A DNA stretch of 64,000 bases from the human T2T-CHM13v2.0 reference genome, Homo sapiens: the NCBI RefSeq assembly GCF_009914755.1, contig NC_060930.1; one strand, written 5' to 3'. The notes below the pieces were generated by a model. It did not search any database, was not told the origin of the DNA, and saw only the letters and a list, made by a program, of their open reading frames with translations. Positions within the stretch are counted from its first letter, which is position 1. Every line of letters starts with the position of its first letter. Shown one piece after another: positions 28,796-56,061 of this stretch. Both the position numbers and the translations under genes were made by a program.

Positions 28796-29699
28796 GGGAG
28801 GAGCCAAGATGGCCGAATAGGAACAGCTCCGGTCTACAGCTCCCAGCATGAGCGACGCAGAAGACGGGTGATTTCTGCATTTCCATCTGAGGTACCGGGT
28901 TCATCTCACTAGGGAGTGCCAGACAGTGGGCGCAGGCCAGTGGGTGCGCGCACCGTGTGCGAGCCGAAGCAGGGCGAGGCATTGCCTCACCTGGGAAGCG
29001 CAAGGGGTCAGGGAGTTCCCTTTCTGAGTCAAAGAAAGGGGTGACGGACGCACCTGGAAAATCGGGTCACTCCGACCCGAATATTGCGCTTTTCAGACCG
29101 GCTTAAAAAACGGCGCACCACGAGACTATATCCCACACCTGGCTTGGAGGGTCCTACGCCCACGGAGTCTCCCTGATTGCTAGCACAGCAGTCTGAGATC
29201 AAACTGCAAGGCGGCAGCCAGGCTGGGGGAGGGGCGCCCGCCATTGCCCAGGCTTGATTAGGTAAACAAAGCAGCCAGGAAGCTCAAACTGGGTGGAGCC
29301 CACCACAGCTCAAGGAGGCCTGCCTGCCTCTGTAGGCTCCACCTCTGGGGGCAGGGCACAGACAAACAAAAAGACAGCAGTAACCTCTGCAGACTTAAAT
29401 GTCCCTGTCTGACAGCTTTGAAGAGAGCAGTGGTTCTCCCAGCACACAGCTGTAGATCTGACAACCGGCAGACTGCCTCCTCAAGTGGGTCCCTGACCCC
29501 TGACCCCTGAGCAGCCTAACTGGGAGGCACCCCCCAGCAGGGGCACACTGACACCTCACACGGCAGGGTATTCCAACAGACCTGCAGCTGAGGGTCCTGT
29601 CTGTTAGAAGGAAAACTAACAAACAGAAAGGACATCCACACCGAAAACCCATCTGTACATCACCATCATCAAATACCAAAAGTAGATAAAACCACAAAG
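28796..29699. promoter_or_regulatory. L1 5'UTR: internal sense promoter (YY1 site 28805-28815) and antisense promoter
   Basis: CpG-rich, intact CAAGATGGCCG; established L1PA architecture. Confidence 0.85.
29029..29244 (-). CDS. ORF0: LINE-1 ORF0 (71 aa)
   Basis: MAGAPPPAWLPPCSLISDCCASNQ...HPFL, the primate L1 antisense ORF at full length. Confidence 0.9.
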   Translation of the reverse strand: MAGAPPPAWLPPCSLISDCCASNQGDSVGVGPSKPGVGYSLVVRRFLSRSEKRNIRVGVTRFSRCVRHPFL

Positions 29700-30716
29700 A
29701 TGGGGAAAAAACAGAACAGAAAAACTGGAAACTCTAAAACGCAGAGCGCCTCTCCTCCTCCAAAGGAACGCAGTTCCTCACCAGCAACGGAACAAAGCTG
29801 GATGGAGAATGACTTTGACGAGCTGAGAGAAGAAGGCTTCAGACGATCAAATTACTCTGAGCTACGGGAGGACATCCAAACCAAAGGCAAAGAAGTTGAA
29901 AACTTTGAAAAAAATTTAGAAGAATGTATAACTAGAATAACCAATACAGAGAAGTGCTTAAAGGAGCTGATGGAGCTGAAAACCAAGGCTCGAGAAGTAC
30001 GTGAAAAATGCAGAAGCCTCAGGAGCCGATGCGATCAACTGGAAGAAAGGGTATCAGCAATGGAAGATGAAATGAATGAAATGAAGCGAGAAGGGAAGTT
30101 TAGAGAAAAAAGAATAAAAAGAAATGAGCAAAGCCTCCAAGAAATATGGGACTATGTGAAAAGACCAAATCTACGTCTGATTGGTGTACCTGAAAGTGAT
30201 GCGGAGAATGGAACCAAGTTGGAAAACACTCTGCAGGATATTATCCAGGAGAACTTCCCCAGTCTAGCAAGGCAGGCCAACGTTCAGATTCAGGAAATAC
30301 AGAGAACGCCACAAAGATACTCCTTGAGAAGAGCAACTCCAAGACACATAATTGTCAGATTCACCAAAGTTGAAATGAAGGAAAAAATGTTAAGGACAGC
30401 CAGAGAGAAAGGTCGGGTTACCCTCAAAGGGAAGCCCATCAGACTAACAGCGGATCTCTCGGCAGAAACCCTACAAGCCAGAAGAGAGTGGGGGCCAATA
30501 TTCAACATTCTTAAAGAAAAGAATTTCCAACCCAGAATTTCATATCCAGCCAAACTAAGCTTCATAAGTGAAGGAGAAATAAAATACTTTACAGACAAGC
30601 AAATGCTGAGAGATTTTGTCACCACCAGGCCTGCCCTAAAAGAGCTCCTGAAGGAAGCGCTAAACATGGAAAGGAACAACCAGCACCAGCCGCTGCAAAA
30701 TCATGCCAAAATGTAA
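29700..30716 (+). CDS. ORF1: LINE-1 ORF1p RNA-binding/chaperone protein
   Basis: 338 aa; coiled coil with MEL stammer; REKG, ARR and YPAKLS motifs intact. Confidence 0.97.
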   Translation: MGKKQNRKTGNSKTQSASPPPKERSSSPATEQSWMENDFDELREEGFRRSNYSELREDIQTKGKEVENFEKNLEECITRITNTEKCLKELMELKTKAREVREKCRSLRSRCDQLEERVSAMEDEMNEMKREGKFREKRIKRNEQSLQEIWDYVKRPNLRLIGVPESDAENGTKLENTLQDIIQENFPSLARQANVQIQEIQRTPQRYSLRRATPRHIIVRFTKVEMKEKMLRTAREKGRVTLKGKPIRLTADLSAETLQARREWGPIFNILKEKNFQPRISYPAKLSFISEGEIKYFTDKQMLRDFVTTRPALKELLKEALNMERNNQHQPLQNHAKM

Positions 30717-30755
30717 AGACCATCGAGGCTAGGAAGAAACTGCATCAACTAATGA

Positions 30756-34607
<3,852 letters not shown>

Positions 34608-35788
34608 ACAGTGAGATCACATGGACACAGGAAGGGGAACATCACACTCTGGGGACTGTTGTGGGGTGGGGGGAGGGGGGAGGGATAGCATTGGGAGATA
34701 TACCTAATGCTAGATGACGAGTTAGTGGGTGCAGCGCACCAGCATGGCACATGTATACATATGTAACTAACCTGCACAATGTGCACATGTACCCTAAAAC
34801 TTAAAGTCTAATAAAAAAAAAAGAAAGAAAATAACATAAGAGAAACTCTAGTGATCTTGAGAATAGCAATGAGTCTTTTGAGATGCAACACCAAAGGCAC
34901 AATTCATGAAAGAAATAATTCAGAAATTGGACTGAATTAAAATTATAAACTTCTGCTCCATGGATAACAATTCCAAGAGCATGAGAGGACAAACCACAGA
35001 CTAGCAGAAAATGTTTGCAAAGAATATATCTGATAAAGGACTGTTATCCAAAATATAAAAAGAACTCTTAAAAGTCAACAATAAGAGAATGAACAACCTG
35101 ATTTTTAAAATGAGCAAAAAATATGAACAGATATTTTGCCAGCTATACAGAAGACAAATAAGCATATGCATAAATGTTCAACATAATATGTAATTAGGGA
35201 ATTGCAAATCAAAACAGCCGTGTGGTAGCTAACACTTATTAGAATGGCCAAAATCCTAAACATTAATAATACCAAATACTGGTGAGTATGTGGAGCAACA
35301 GGAATTCTCACTCATTGCTGGTAGAAATGCAAAATGGTACTTTGGAAGATAGTTTGGCAGCATCTTATAAAACTAAACATACTCTTACCATAATATCCTT
35401 CACCTTTGCAGAAATGAACTAAAAACGTATGTCCACACAAAAACATGCACGTGGATATTTATAGAAGCTATAGTCATAATTGCCAAAACTTGAAAGCAAT
35501 CAAGATTTACTTCAGCCAGTGAATGATAAACTGCTACATCCAAACAATGGAATATTATTCAGTGCTAAAAATAAATGAGTTATCAAACCATGAAATACAT
35601 GATGAAACCTAAATGCATATTACTAAGTGAAAGAAGCTAAAAGGGCTACATAATGAAGATCCCAACTATATGATAGCCTGAAAAAGGCAAAATTATGGGG
35701 ACAATGAAAAGATTAGTGGTTTCCAGGGGTTAGGCAGGAGGGAGGAATGAATAGGCAGAGCACAAGAGGATTTTTAGGGCAGTAAAGC

Positions 35789-36258
35789 TGAGGTAAGAGG
35801 TGACACTCAAATCTGGAGGTGGGGCTCAGACACCAGACAAAATTGAGGACTAGCTAAAGCAGGGATGGGGTGGAAGCAGTTTTCCATAAGGCACACTTAC
35901 CAGTGTGCTATGGCAACACCCAGGAGTAACCGCTCCTTTCCATGGCAATGACCCAATGACCCAAAAGTTACCTCTTTCTTAGAAGTTTCTGCATAGACCA
36001 TCCCTTAATCTACATGTAATTAAAAGTAAGTGTAAATATGACTGCAAAACTGCCCTGAGCCACCATACTCAGCCTATGAGGTAGTCCTGCTCCATAGGAG
36101 CCCTCAAAGAGCTGTAACATTGCCGAAGCTGTAACATTGCTGCTTCAGTAAAGCTGTTTTCTTCTACCCTACCATTGACTGCCCTTGAATTATTTCCTTG
36201 GTGAAGCCAAGAATCCTCACAGGCTAAGTCCACTTTGGGGCTTGCCTGCCCTGCATCA
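35789..36258 (+). mobile_element. MER66-like ERV1 solo LTR
   Basis: TGAGGTA...aattgaggactagctaaa...ctgcatCA, interrupting the L1MC 3'UTR with TSD aa[g/a]c. Confidence 0.7.
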
Positions 36259-36656
36259 AAACTACTCTATATAATACTAAAACAGTGGATACATTATATA
36301 TTTGTCCAAACCCATGGAATGTACAACACCAAGGGCAAATGCTAATATATACTATGGACTCTGGGTGATAATGGTGTGTCAATGTAGGTTGATCAACTGT
36401 ACCAAATGTACCACTGTAATGTGGAATGTTGACAGTGGGAGAGGCTGTGCATGTTGTGGTGACAAGAAGTATAAAGGAATTTTCTGTACTTTCCACTTAT
36501 TTTTCTGTTAACCTAAAACTGCTCTACAAAAAAAAAAAATATTAACTTTAGAACATCTTTTAAGTAATGCCTGATTTTCTCTGTAGACTAGTACTTAAGA
36601 ATTGGACATGTTAGCAAATCAACTGCAGCAAAATTGAAAATAATGGCTTTAATGGA

Positions 36657-36965
36657 TTGGGCCCAGTGGCTCATGCCTGTAATCCCAGCATTTTAGAAAG
36701 CCAAGGTGGGCAGATCACTTGAGGTCAGGAGTTTGAGACCAGCCTGGCCAACATGGTGAAACCCCATCTCTACTAAAAATACAAAAATTAGTCGGGCCAT
36801 GGTGGCACACGCCTTTAATTCCAGCTATTCAGGAGGCTGAGGCAGGGGAGTTGCTTGAACCAGGGAGGTGGAGGTTGCAGTGAGCCAAGATCAAAACACT
36901 GCATTTCAGCCTGGGCAACAGAGCAAGACTCCATCTCAAAAAAAAGAAAGAAAAAGGAAAAGAAA
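36657..36965 (+). mobile_element. AluS
   Basis: Sense Alu dimer with A-rich tail. Confidence 0.9.
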
Positions 36966-37654
36966 AGAATGGCATTAGTATACATACACATACATACCTA
37001 CTACTTATAAGATACGAAAAAATTTTAATTCATGTTTCTCTTTTTCTAGTTTGCAGACTTTGTTATTTAAAATTGCTTTCCAGATTTACACATGTGAAAT
37101 GTATTTGATGTCAAAACAATTTTAAAATTATTATGTATTGACAGAGCCCTAACAGAAATTCACTAATCTGTGAATGAATGTTTGATATATCTTAAACATT
37201 AAAAATATCACTATTGTGTGCTCAAGGTATAAAACCAGACGATGCAACATGAGCGGATGGTCTGTGTCTCTCATCCAGCACCCAGGTATTAATAAATGCT
37301 GCTTATGCCTTAGCACACTGATTAAATGGCACACGTTAGTGCTTTCTCTTTTTACTTCCTTAGGAATTTTCCTTTCTAAGAAAACTCTTGGGGATTTTTC
37401 TTAAAGTCAGATTTTAGCACAATAACAAAAACAAATATGAAAATATTTTAAACTCTTCATTTTTACATTGTTGGTGCATTTTTGGAAAATGCATTTAAAA
37501 AGAAAGGTGTTGATAAGTTATTGCTAATAGGACACCTATTAACATCGTGAGACACAACAATGTTCTATAGAACAGGACTTGGAAAACTCTTCACTATATG
37601 ATTAAGCCCTTTCATAATAAAAAAAGATATTCTATTGACAAATCCTAAGTTAAC

Positions 37655-37739
37655 CGACAGCATCTTTCTTTCATCCTGGTAAATATTGACAGTAATGTAA
37701 CAGTGAAGTTTGCTACGCCATAGTGTTATTTCTTCTCTT
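37655..37739 (-). pseudogene. Exon remnant (LW / VANFTVTLLS / LPG*K across frameshifts)
   Basis: Acceptor gtgtttcttag|. With frameshift correction the translation aligns in register with [28 protein letters not shown]. Confidence 0.5.
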
Positions 37740-38254
37740 CTAAGAAACACTGCTGGAAATAGTACATAGTGTATTTTTGAAAAGCTGGTGGTCTCCTGAT
37801 GTACTCATGCATGTGGAGCATGTTAGAATTAGCAGAAATTATTAAAATCTGTCCTTGAAGATGCGAATTCTTCAAGAAATAATGTGTATTAAATTCACAG
37901 CTCAGTATTTCATTTTTGTTTTAATTTGATAGATGGATCTCTCACGATCTCTAATGATTTCCTTCCTGTCTCTATAAAATCATCCTGGAGGGAATATTTC
38001 TCATCTTAAAAAGTTGGACAAGAACTCTTTAATATCTCTACTTTAAAGCAGGAGTTATATTTATTTTCTTTTGTGTTGTATATAGAATGTATTTATAAAA
38101 TGTTCAAATAATGACAGCAAAAACACAAGATTCTATAACTGTTAGTTTTAGAATGTATGTATGACAGTACAGGGAGGCCATGTGAAACAACAAAGAGCAC
38201 TGTGACCACGGATCATTCATAGAGACAGAAGATTGTTGCATGATGCAGGCTTAC

Positions 38255-38287
38255 CAAAATTTCTCAGGTTTTGTTGATTCCTATCCT
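38255..38287 (-). pseudogene. 33-nt micro-exon (EDRNQQNLRNF)
   Basis: attcattag|AGGATAG...AAATTTTG|gtaagc; symmetric phase 1-1. Confidence 0.55.
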
Positions 38288-38452
38288 CTAATGAATTGAT
38301 TTTCTTTAAGTAAAGTTTCAGTTACTGAAAGAGAAGAACTATAAAAGTTGTTTTCCCATTGTATAAGAAATACACTTCAATACTCATTGCACCTTATGGT
38401 TTTGATACAAATATGTGCTGTTGATGCAAACAAAAGTTTATATAAAAGTTAC

Positions 38453-38673
38453 CTATAGACAAAAAAAATGATGTAAATTTGCAGTGTGGATGCAAATGAA
38501 ATTACAGAAATTATTTGTGAAGGCAGAACACTGACTTATAAATTTGCTTGGTTTTTCTTTTCCGTTGCATACATTAGGTTAGTTCAGTCTTTTTCTGTGG
38601 TTTAGTCATATATTATTAGGTATTTAGAGATATAATAATTAAACAATCCAATCCTGCAACAAATACCAGTTTG
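38453..38673 (-). pseudogene. Exon remnant(s)
   Basis: Strong acceptor ctttctatcttgtggttttctttag| at 38673 and donor CTATAG|gtaact at 38453. FTNNFCNFI resembles [17 protein letters not shown]. Internal structure is uncertain. Confidence 0.45.
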
Positions 38674-39063
38674 CTAAAGAAAACCACAAGATAGAAAGTG
38701 AGAACATAACTGTGACAAACTTGCTATTGCACCACTTTGGTAGAAATACAAAGAAGGACATAACAGGTTGAAAGCATATGTGTCACACCGTGAAAACAAT
38801 CAGTTATTTGCTTTGCTATCTTTTGTATGAACCATTCCTTTTCTTAAAATACAAATTTAAGCACATTGTACCTTGTACTTCCAAAGTTAAAATAATGGAG
38901 TGCTCTAAATTAAAAATAAAAAACAATAGCTGTGATAGCTCCCATTTTGGGAAGTATTACAGTCCTAATTCCTGAAAGAAGCTCAACATGACATTATCTA
39001 TATGTTTATTTTGAATATTGTAAATTCTTCTCCCGAGTGGAAAGTAGAGGGTGTGGAACTTAC

Positions 39064-39179
39064 AAATTCCATTGTGTAACTTATCTTGGGAGGGCCGGAT
39101 TCCGTTAGTGTATCTCATTTTTCAGACAATTTTCTGACCTTGTGGAGCAATTAAGGAAGACCTCTTCTTGGCTGCTTTG
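39064..39179 (-). pseudogene. Exon remnant
   Basis: catttag|CAAAGC...ATGGAATTT|gtaagt. One frame ends ...PKISYTMEF, compared with [15 protein letters not shown]. Confidence 0.5.
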
Positions 39180-39255
39180 CTAAATGTTCTTAGTGCCATC
39201 TGCTGCATGCTTCCGGCTACTGTAGGGGGAACTACTCTAGTTAATAGGAGCTTAC

Positions 39256-39301
39256 GAAATAGAAAGAGCTGACATCATATTTATCAAATGGCAGTCCATG
39301 T
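39256..39301 (-). pseudogene. Exon remnant HGLPFDKYDVSSFYF
   Basis: Donor |gtaagc; the acceptor appears mutated (ttttctttccac|). GLPF resembles the CATSPERG N-terminal LGFPYY motif. Confidence 0.5.
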
Positions 39302-39757
39302 GTGGAAAGAAAACACACTATTAAAGCATTCTGACATAAAAAACACTTTGGAAACTATCTTAGAAATAGTTAATAACAATTAGTTTTGTAATTCTTACAC
39401 TAAAATTATATCTTTAATGTATTCCATTTCCTGTATAAAATGTCTATGTGTAATAATTTCATCTGATACGTAATTTAGCATTAGCTATAGCTCTTCTACA
39501 GTCAAGCTATTATTATCTTTCAGCTTGCTCCTTAAACAAACTATAAATCTATTGCATTTGGAAGCAGCAAAAATAATATAATGCCACTAATAAAGTCTAT
39601 CGGGAGACATTCATATTGCTTTTTTAATTAAAGGGCTTCTTTTTGATTTAAAAAAGCTAGTAAATAAATAGGACAGATATAAAACAACTAAAAACCAGAT
39701 GAACCATTATCCTGAAGAGTATTTCCAAAGATACATTTTGATAGCTAACTACTATTT

Positions 39758-42220
39758 CCTTTCTTCCCTCCTTCCTTCCTTCCTTCCTTCCTTCCCTCCT
39801 TCCATCCTTCCTTCCTTCCTTTCTTCCTTCCTTCCTCTCTCTCTCTCTCTTTCTTTCTTTTGTATTATACTTTAAGTTCTGGGGTACAAGTGCAGAATGT
39901 GCAGGTTTGTTACATAGGTATACACGTGCCATGGTGGTTTGCTGCACCCATCAACCCGTCATCTACATTAGGTATTTCTCCTAATGTTACCCCTCCCCTA
40001 GCCCCCCACCAACCGATAGGCCCCGGTGTGTGATGTTCCCCTCCCTGTGTCCATGTGTTCTCATTGTTCAACTCCTACTTATGAGTAAGAACATGCAGTG
40101 TTTGGCTTTCTGTTCTTGTGTTAGTTTGCTGAGAATGATGGTTTCCAGCTTCATCCACGTTCCTGCAAAGGACGTGAACTCATTCCTTTTTATGGCTGCA
40201 TAGTATTCCATGTTGTATATGTGCCACATTTTCTTTACCCAGTCTATCATTGATGGGCATTTGGGTTGGATCCAAGTCTCTGCTATTGTGAACAGTGACG
40301 CAGTAAACATACGTGTGCATGTGTCTTTATAATAGAATGATTTATAATCCTTTGGGTATATACCCAGTAATGGGATTGCTGGGTCAAATGGTATTTCTGG
40401 TTTTAGATCCTTGAGGAATCACCACACTGTCTTCCACAATGGTTGAACTAATTTACATCCCCACCAACAGTGTATAAGTATTCCTATTTCTCCACATTCT
40501 CTCCAGCATCTGTTGTTTCCTGACTTTTTAATGATAGCCATTCTAACTGGCATGAGATGTTATCTCATTTGGTTTGGATTCACATTTTTCTAATGACCAG
40601 TGATGATGAGCTTGTCTTCATATGTTTGTTGGCTGCATAAATGTCTTCTTTTGAGAAGTGTCTGTTTATATCCTCCGTCCACTTTTTTATGGGTTTGTTT
40701 TTTCCTTGTAAATTTGTTTAAGTTATTTATAGACTCTGGATATAGCCCTTTGTCAGATGGATAGATTGCAAACATTTTCTCCCATTCTGTAGCTTGCCTG
40801 TTCACTCTGATGATAGTTTCTTTTGCTGTGCAGGAGCTCTCTAGTTTAATTGGATCCCATTTGTCAATTTTGCCTTTTGTTGCCATTGCTTTTGGTGTTT
40901 TAGTCATGAAGTCTTTGCCCATGCCTATGTCTTGAATGGTATTGCCTAGGTTTTCTTCTAGGATTTTTATGGTTTTAGGTTTCACATTTAAGTCTTTAAT
41001 CCATCTTGAGTTAATTTTTGTGTAAGATATAAGGAGGGGATCCAGTTTCAGTTTTCTGCATATGGCTAGCCAGTTTTCCCAACACCATTTATTAAATAGG
41101 GAATCCTTTCCCCATTTCTTGTTTTTGTCAGGTTTGTCAAAGTTCAGATGGTTGTATACATGTGGTGTTATTTCTGAGGCCTCTGTTCTGGTCTATGTAT
41201 CTGTTTTAGTACCAGTACCATGCTGTTTTGGTTACTGTAGCCTTGTAATATAATTTGAAGTCAGGTAGCATGAGGCCTCCAGATTTGCTCTTTTCACTTA
41301 GGACTGTCTTAGCTATATGGGCTCTTTTTTGGTTCCACATGAAATTTAAAGTAGTTTTTTCTAATTCTGTGAAGAACATCAATGGTAGCTTGATGGGGAT
41401 AGCATTGAATCTATAAATTACTTTGGGCAGTATGGCCATTTTCACGATATTGATTCTTCCTATCCATGAGCATGGAATGTTTTTCCATTTGTTTGTGTCT
41501 TCTCTTATTTCCTTGGGCAGTGGTTTGTAGTTCTGCTTGAAGAGGTCCTTCACATCCCTTGTAAGTTGTATTCCTAGGTATTTTATTCTCTTTGTAGCAA
41601 TTGTGAATGGGATTTCACTCATGATTTGGCTCTCCATTTGTCTGTTATTGGTGTATAGGAATGCCTGTGCTTTTTGCACATTGATTTTGTATCCTGAGAT
41701 TTTGCTGAAGTTGCTTATCTGCTTAAGGAGTTTTGTGCTGAGATGATGGGGTTTTCTAAATATACAACCATGTCATCTGCAAACAGAGACAATTTGACTT
41801 CCTCTTTTCCTATTTGAATACCCTTTATTTCTTTTCTCTTGCCTGATTTCCCTGGTCAGAACATCCAATACTGTATTAAATAGGAGTGGTGAGAGAGGGC
41901 ATCCCTGTCCTGTGCCGGTTTTCAAAGGGAATGCTTCCAGCTTTTGCCCATTCAGTATGATATTGGCTGTGGGTTTGTCATAAATAGCTCTTATTATTTT
42001 GAGATACGTTCCATCAATACCTAGTTTATTGAGAGTTTTTAGCATGAAGCGGTGTTGAATTTTATCAAAGGCCTTTTCTGCATCTATTGAGATAATCATG
42101 TGGTTTTTGTCACTGATTCTGTTTATGTGTTGGATTACGTTTATTCATTTGAATATGTTGAACCAGCTTTGCATCCCAGGGATGAAGCCAACTTGATCAT
42201 TGAGGATAAGATTTTTTATG
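39758..42220 (-). mobile_element. 5'-truncated L1PA (about L1PA7) with (GGAA)n-converted tail
   Basis: Antisense ORF2 RT/C-terminal fragments. 19-bp TSD tgatagctaa[c/g]tactattt at 39739-39757 and 42221-42239. Confidence 0.92.
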
Positions 42221-42600
42221 TGATAGCTAAGTACTATTTAAATGGAGAGAAAAGACTGCTTGTGATTACCTTATTTTGAAGAATAAGGAAACTAGTATCC
42301 AAGTATGCAACTCTATGACTCCTTAACCAGCAAACACCATTTGGACACATGGACTGTAACTCTTCCATAGACTGATACTGATGATAGAACTATATCCCTT
42401 TTATTACTTCCTTAGTTAGTTTTTCTTTTCCTGATAAAGCATTTATCATTCTAAGACCTGGTGTGTGTTAGGATGGCTGTCAGTTATGACCAAGCTCATG
42501 TGTCTATTCTGGTTCTAATCTGTCCCCTTACTCTAATACTTAAGATTCAAGGAAGAATGTGGCTACTCCATTTTTCAGCAGATGCTGTTCCAATTCTCAC

Positions 42601-42758
42601 CTGACCTGGTGTACGGTTCTTTGGATCACTTGCAAGGGGCTTCACTTGCAAGAAGCTTGGTAATTTCAACGAGATTTTCTCATTTGCTATAATAAGCTTG
42701 TTGACATGCTTTGTGGCAATAATTATATAGTTTAATCCTTAATAGTCTGATTTATTAC
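42601..42758 (-). pseudogene. Candidate early exon of [12 protein letters not shown] pseudogene
   Basis: cttacatattttag|GTAAT...CCAGGTCAG|gtgaga. 158 nt, one stop: GNKSDY*GLNYIIIATKHVNKLIIANEKISLKLPSFLQVKPLASDPKNRTPGQ. Confidence 0.5.
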
Positions 42759-43899
42759 CTAAAATATGTAAGTATAATGCCCAAAGAGGACTGCCCCAGT
42801 CTTTATCTCTTAAACTGTCTGCTGGCAACTCTTATTCTGTAACAATCTCTTGAGCTAGTTTTTCTTTGCATTCCAGAGAATTATGCCTTTCTTTTACCCT
42901 GTCTACAGACCATTCTCATCTGGCAGATAATTAATATATTAAAGAATCTTATTCCTTGTAGTGTTTTAAAATCATCACTTCCTAACAACTACACAAGCCA
43001 TTTCTTCAATTTTGGAAATGAAGCAGACTATGTGGTAATGCAAAAGGTGTTTAATTATGTATAAAACAGATCATAGTTGCAAAATGATAAAGAAACTAGA
43101 GGCATTATAGTAAAATACTGCAAGGAAAAAACATGATTAAAAGTGCTGCAAGCTAATAACAAATATATTACAAAAATACTTAGATTGACAGAACTCTTTA
43201 AAGAAAATATCAGTCATTGTTTCTAAAAGCCAACTGATTACAGTTGATCAAAAGCTTTGACACCAACCAGTGCTAGGTATGAAGAAACAATTTTTTCTCA
43301 GAGAGCCTTTTTTAGTGCTTTATCAAGTATAATCTGTCTAATATCTATCTGCAGAAAAGTGGCGAGGCATTCCCAAGACTTTCTTGGATTCGTGCTTTGA
43401 TGCCTAAAATTTAAACTTCCCTGGGTGCGACCATAACATATTTTTTCATCTGTTGATTATAGTGATTATAACTTTAGGACAGCATAACTGTTTTTATTTC
43501 CTTTTCAATTCAATTTTCTGATTGTAATATTCACTCTATTTTGTTGACTAAACTAGATCAGATTAATTTTCATGGCAAAAGAAGTGGTACAGTGTATGAA
43601 AATATTTTCTGTTTTGTTATGTTATAAAGCACTACCCAACCCAATATAATCTCATAAAGTTTAGTATTAAAAAGGCACCTCTAATCAACCTTTCAAAATA
43701 ATGAATTAATGTGCCTAAAAATATAAAGAATGCTTCCAGCATGAACATGGCCATGAAAGTCACCATTTTCCCCTTTTCCTATGGGAAAATACAGAAAAGC
43801 GACAAGAACAAAACAAAACCTGAAATCTACATTTTTAGTGAAACTAGGAAACAAATATATTCCAGACTCAAATCACATTTAAGGGAGTCTAAAGAAAAA

Positions 43900-53990
<10,091 letters not shown>

Positions 53991-54679
53991 GCCGTTTATT
54001 TTTTGATGAACATTTTCCCAGCTTTGCTCCAGTCATCCATGTTCAAATTGTTTCCTGAAGGTTTAGGTAGGTCTTTCATTTTTTAATCAAGACTGAAAAT
54101 TCTTGTCTTTTACTGGATCATTTTAACTGGATCATTAATTATATTTTTATATTCCTGCAGGTAAAATTAGGATATGTAATAGTAACAATACAAAAATGCA
54201 GATTAATTTCCCCAAATATCAATGAAACATTCTTACATTCATATAACAAGCTACCAAAGACTTCTGCATTATGTAAAGCAATTAAATCACAACTTTTGAA
54301 ATGATTTAATGGCTTTGTTTAATGGGCCGTATGTTGACTCTGTTGTGTCTAGTGTATTTTGTAATGGATGCAAATTTCCTTGACTTTCTATGCTCAATAA
54401 TAAATGTGTATTGTTATGTAACCAAACAAAGAAATCATATGTTTAAAATGGTAGGGATACTATTTAAATTGGATCTAGGTGTTAAGTGCCTTCAGATAAC
54501 TGACAGACACAAACAAAGAAGCTAAACCCAAGGAAAATCACATTAGTTAGAAATAAGACGTTATCCGTATAAGAGCTAAGATATTCAGCAAGAACTATAA
54601 AACCTCCTTCCTGAACATACACACAACTTGACATTTTGCTGGTGCATTCATGTATATATCATAGTTTTCGTTTCAGATA

Positions 54680-54759
54680 TTAGATCACTGCAAAATTAAT
54701 TGTGGTTTTTGCTACTGAAAGTAATGGCAGAAACTGAAATTACTTTTGCATCAACCAGT
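54680..54759. mobile_element. MADE1 mariner MITE
   Basis: 80-bp imperfect palindrome tgcaaaattaattgtggtttttgc...ggcagaaactgaaattacttttgca. Confidence 0.85.
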
Positions 54760-56061
54760 AGTAAATTTTTAATAAAACATTTGCAAGTCATTACTGCAAA
54801 TATCTAAATGTTGAGAGTTGAGAAGAGAGGGGTATTTATTTGGATTTATTTCTACTATCCTATTTTTGTGCTATTTGTCCCTCTTTATCTGTTTCTTTTT
54901 CTAATTTGTTGTTTTGGGTTGTCTTCTTAAATATTGAATAGATATTTTCCTCACTCATGTTTTCCTCCACAGATTTGAAAGTTACATATACTATTTCTAT
55001 GTTTTATTGGTTACCTTAACATTTTCAGCCTGTATACTTAACTTATAAAAATCTGAATGTACTCCTTTAAATAATGATTTTATTAAATTTTAAGTCTGAT
55101 CATTCCTTTCTAACTTATATGTAATTATTGAATACCACAGCTTACCTTATTTTAAACCCCCCAAAAAGTATTGTTTTAGGCACTCAGTGTTGTTTATATT
55201 TATCCATATATTTACCACTTTCTTTGTCCTTTAATCCTTTTTGTATTTTCCATGTGGAATTGGTTTTATTTTCCTTGAGTATATCTTTTGAATTTTTTAA
55301 GAGAGTGTCTTTTGGTTGTGAAATTTCTCACCTTTTCCTCACCTGACAATAACATTATTTTTTATTCTTCAAAATTATTTTTGCTAAGTATATAATCCTA
55401 CACTGACAGGCATTTTCTCTCATCACATTGAAAATACTCCACTGTTTCCTGGCTTCCATTATTGTTGCTGAGAAATCAATTGTCAATCAAAATATAGTTC
55501 CTTTTTCTCTGGTAATTTCTTTCCCAATACATAATAGAAGTATATAATTTTAGGGTACATGTGATATTTTGATACATGTATAAAATGTGTAATCACCAAG
55601 GCAACTGGGACATCCATAACCCCCAAAATTGACCCTTTCTTTGTGTTGGGAACATTCCAATTCCTCTCTATCAGTAGTTTTCAACTATATGACAAATTAT
55701 TGTTAACTGTAATCATCCTACTGTACTTTTGAACACTAGATCTTACTTCTTCTATCTTTAACTGTATTTTTATATCCATTTAGCAGTTTTCCTTCTTCCC
55801 CCAACCTCCCTCCTGTCTTTCTCAGCCTCTGGTAACCACGAATCAACTTTACCTCCACAAGATCCACTTTTTTAGCTTCCACATAAGTGAGAACATGCAG
55901 TATATGTCTTTCTGTGCCTGCTTATTTCATGTAATACAATGACCTCTACTATTTATGTTGCTGCAATGACAGGATTTCATTGTAATTATTTTTGAGGCTG
56001 AATAATATTCCCTTATTTGTATGTACCACATTTTCTTTGTCATTAAATTTTTAAATGATAT

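Noticed and set aside
40068-42099. RT-like ORFs on the minus strand
   Set aside because: They are frameshifted pieces of a 5'-truncated L1PA.
54680-54759. miR-548 gene
   Set aside because: This MADE1 copy has several arm mismatches, and sequence alone gives no expression evidence.
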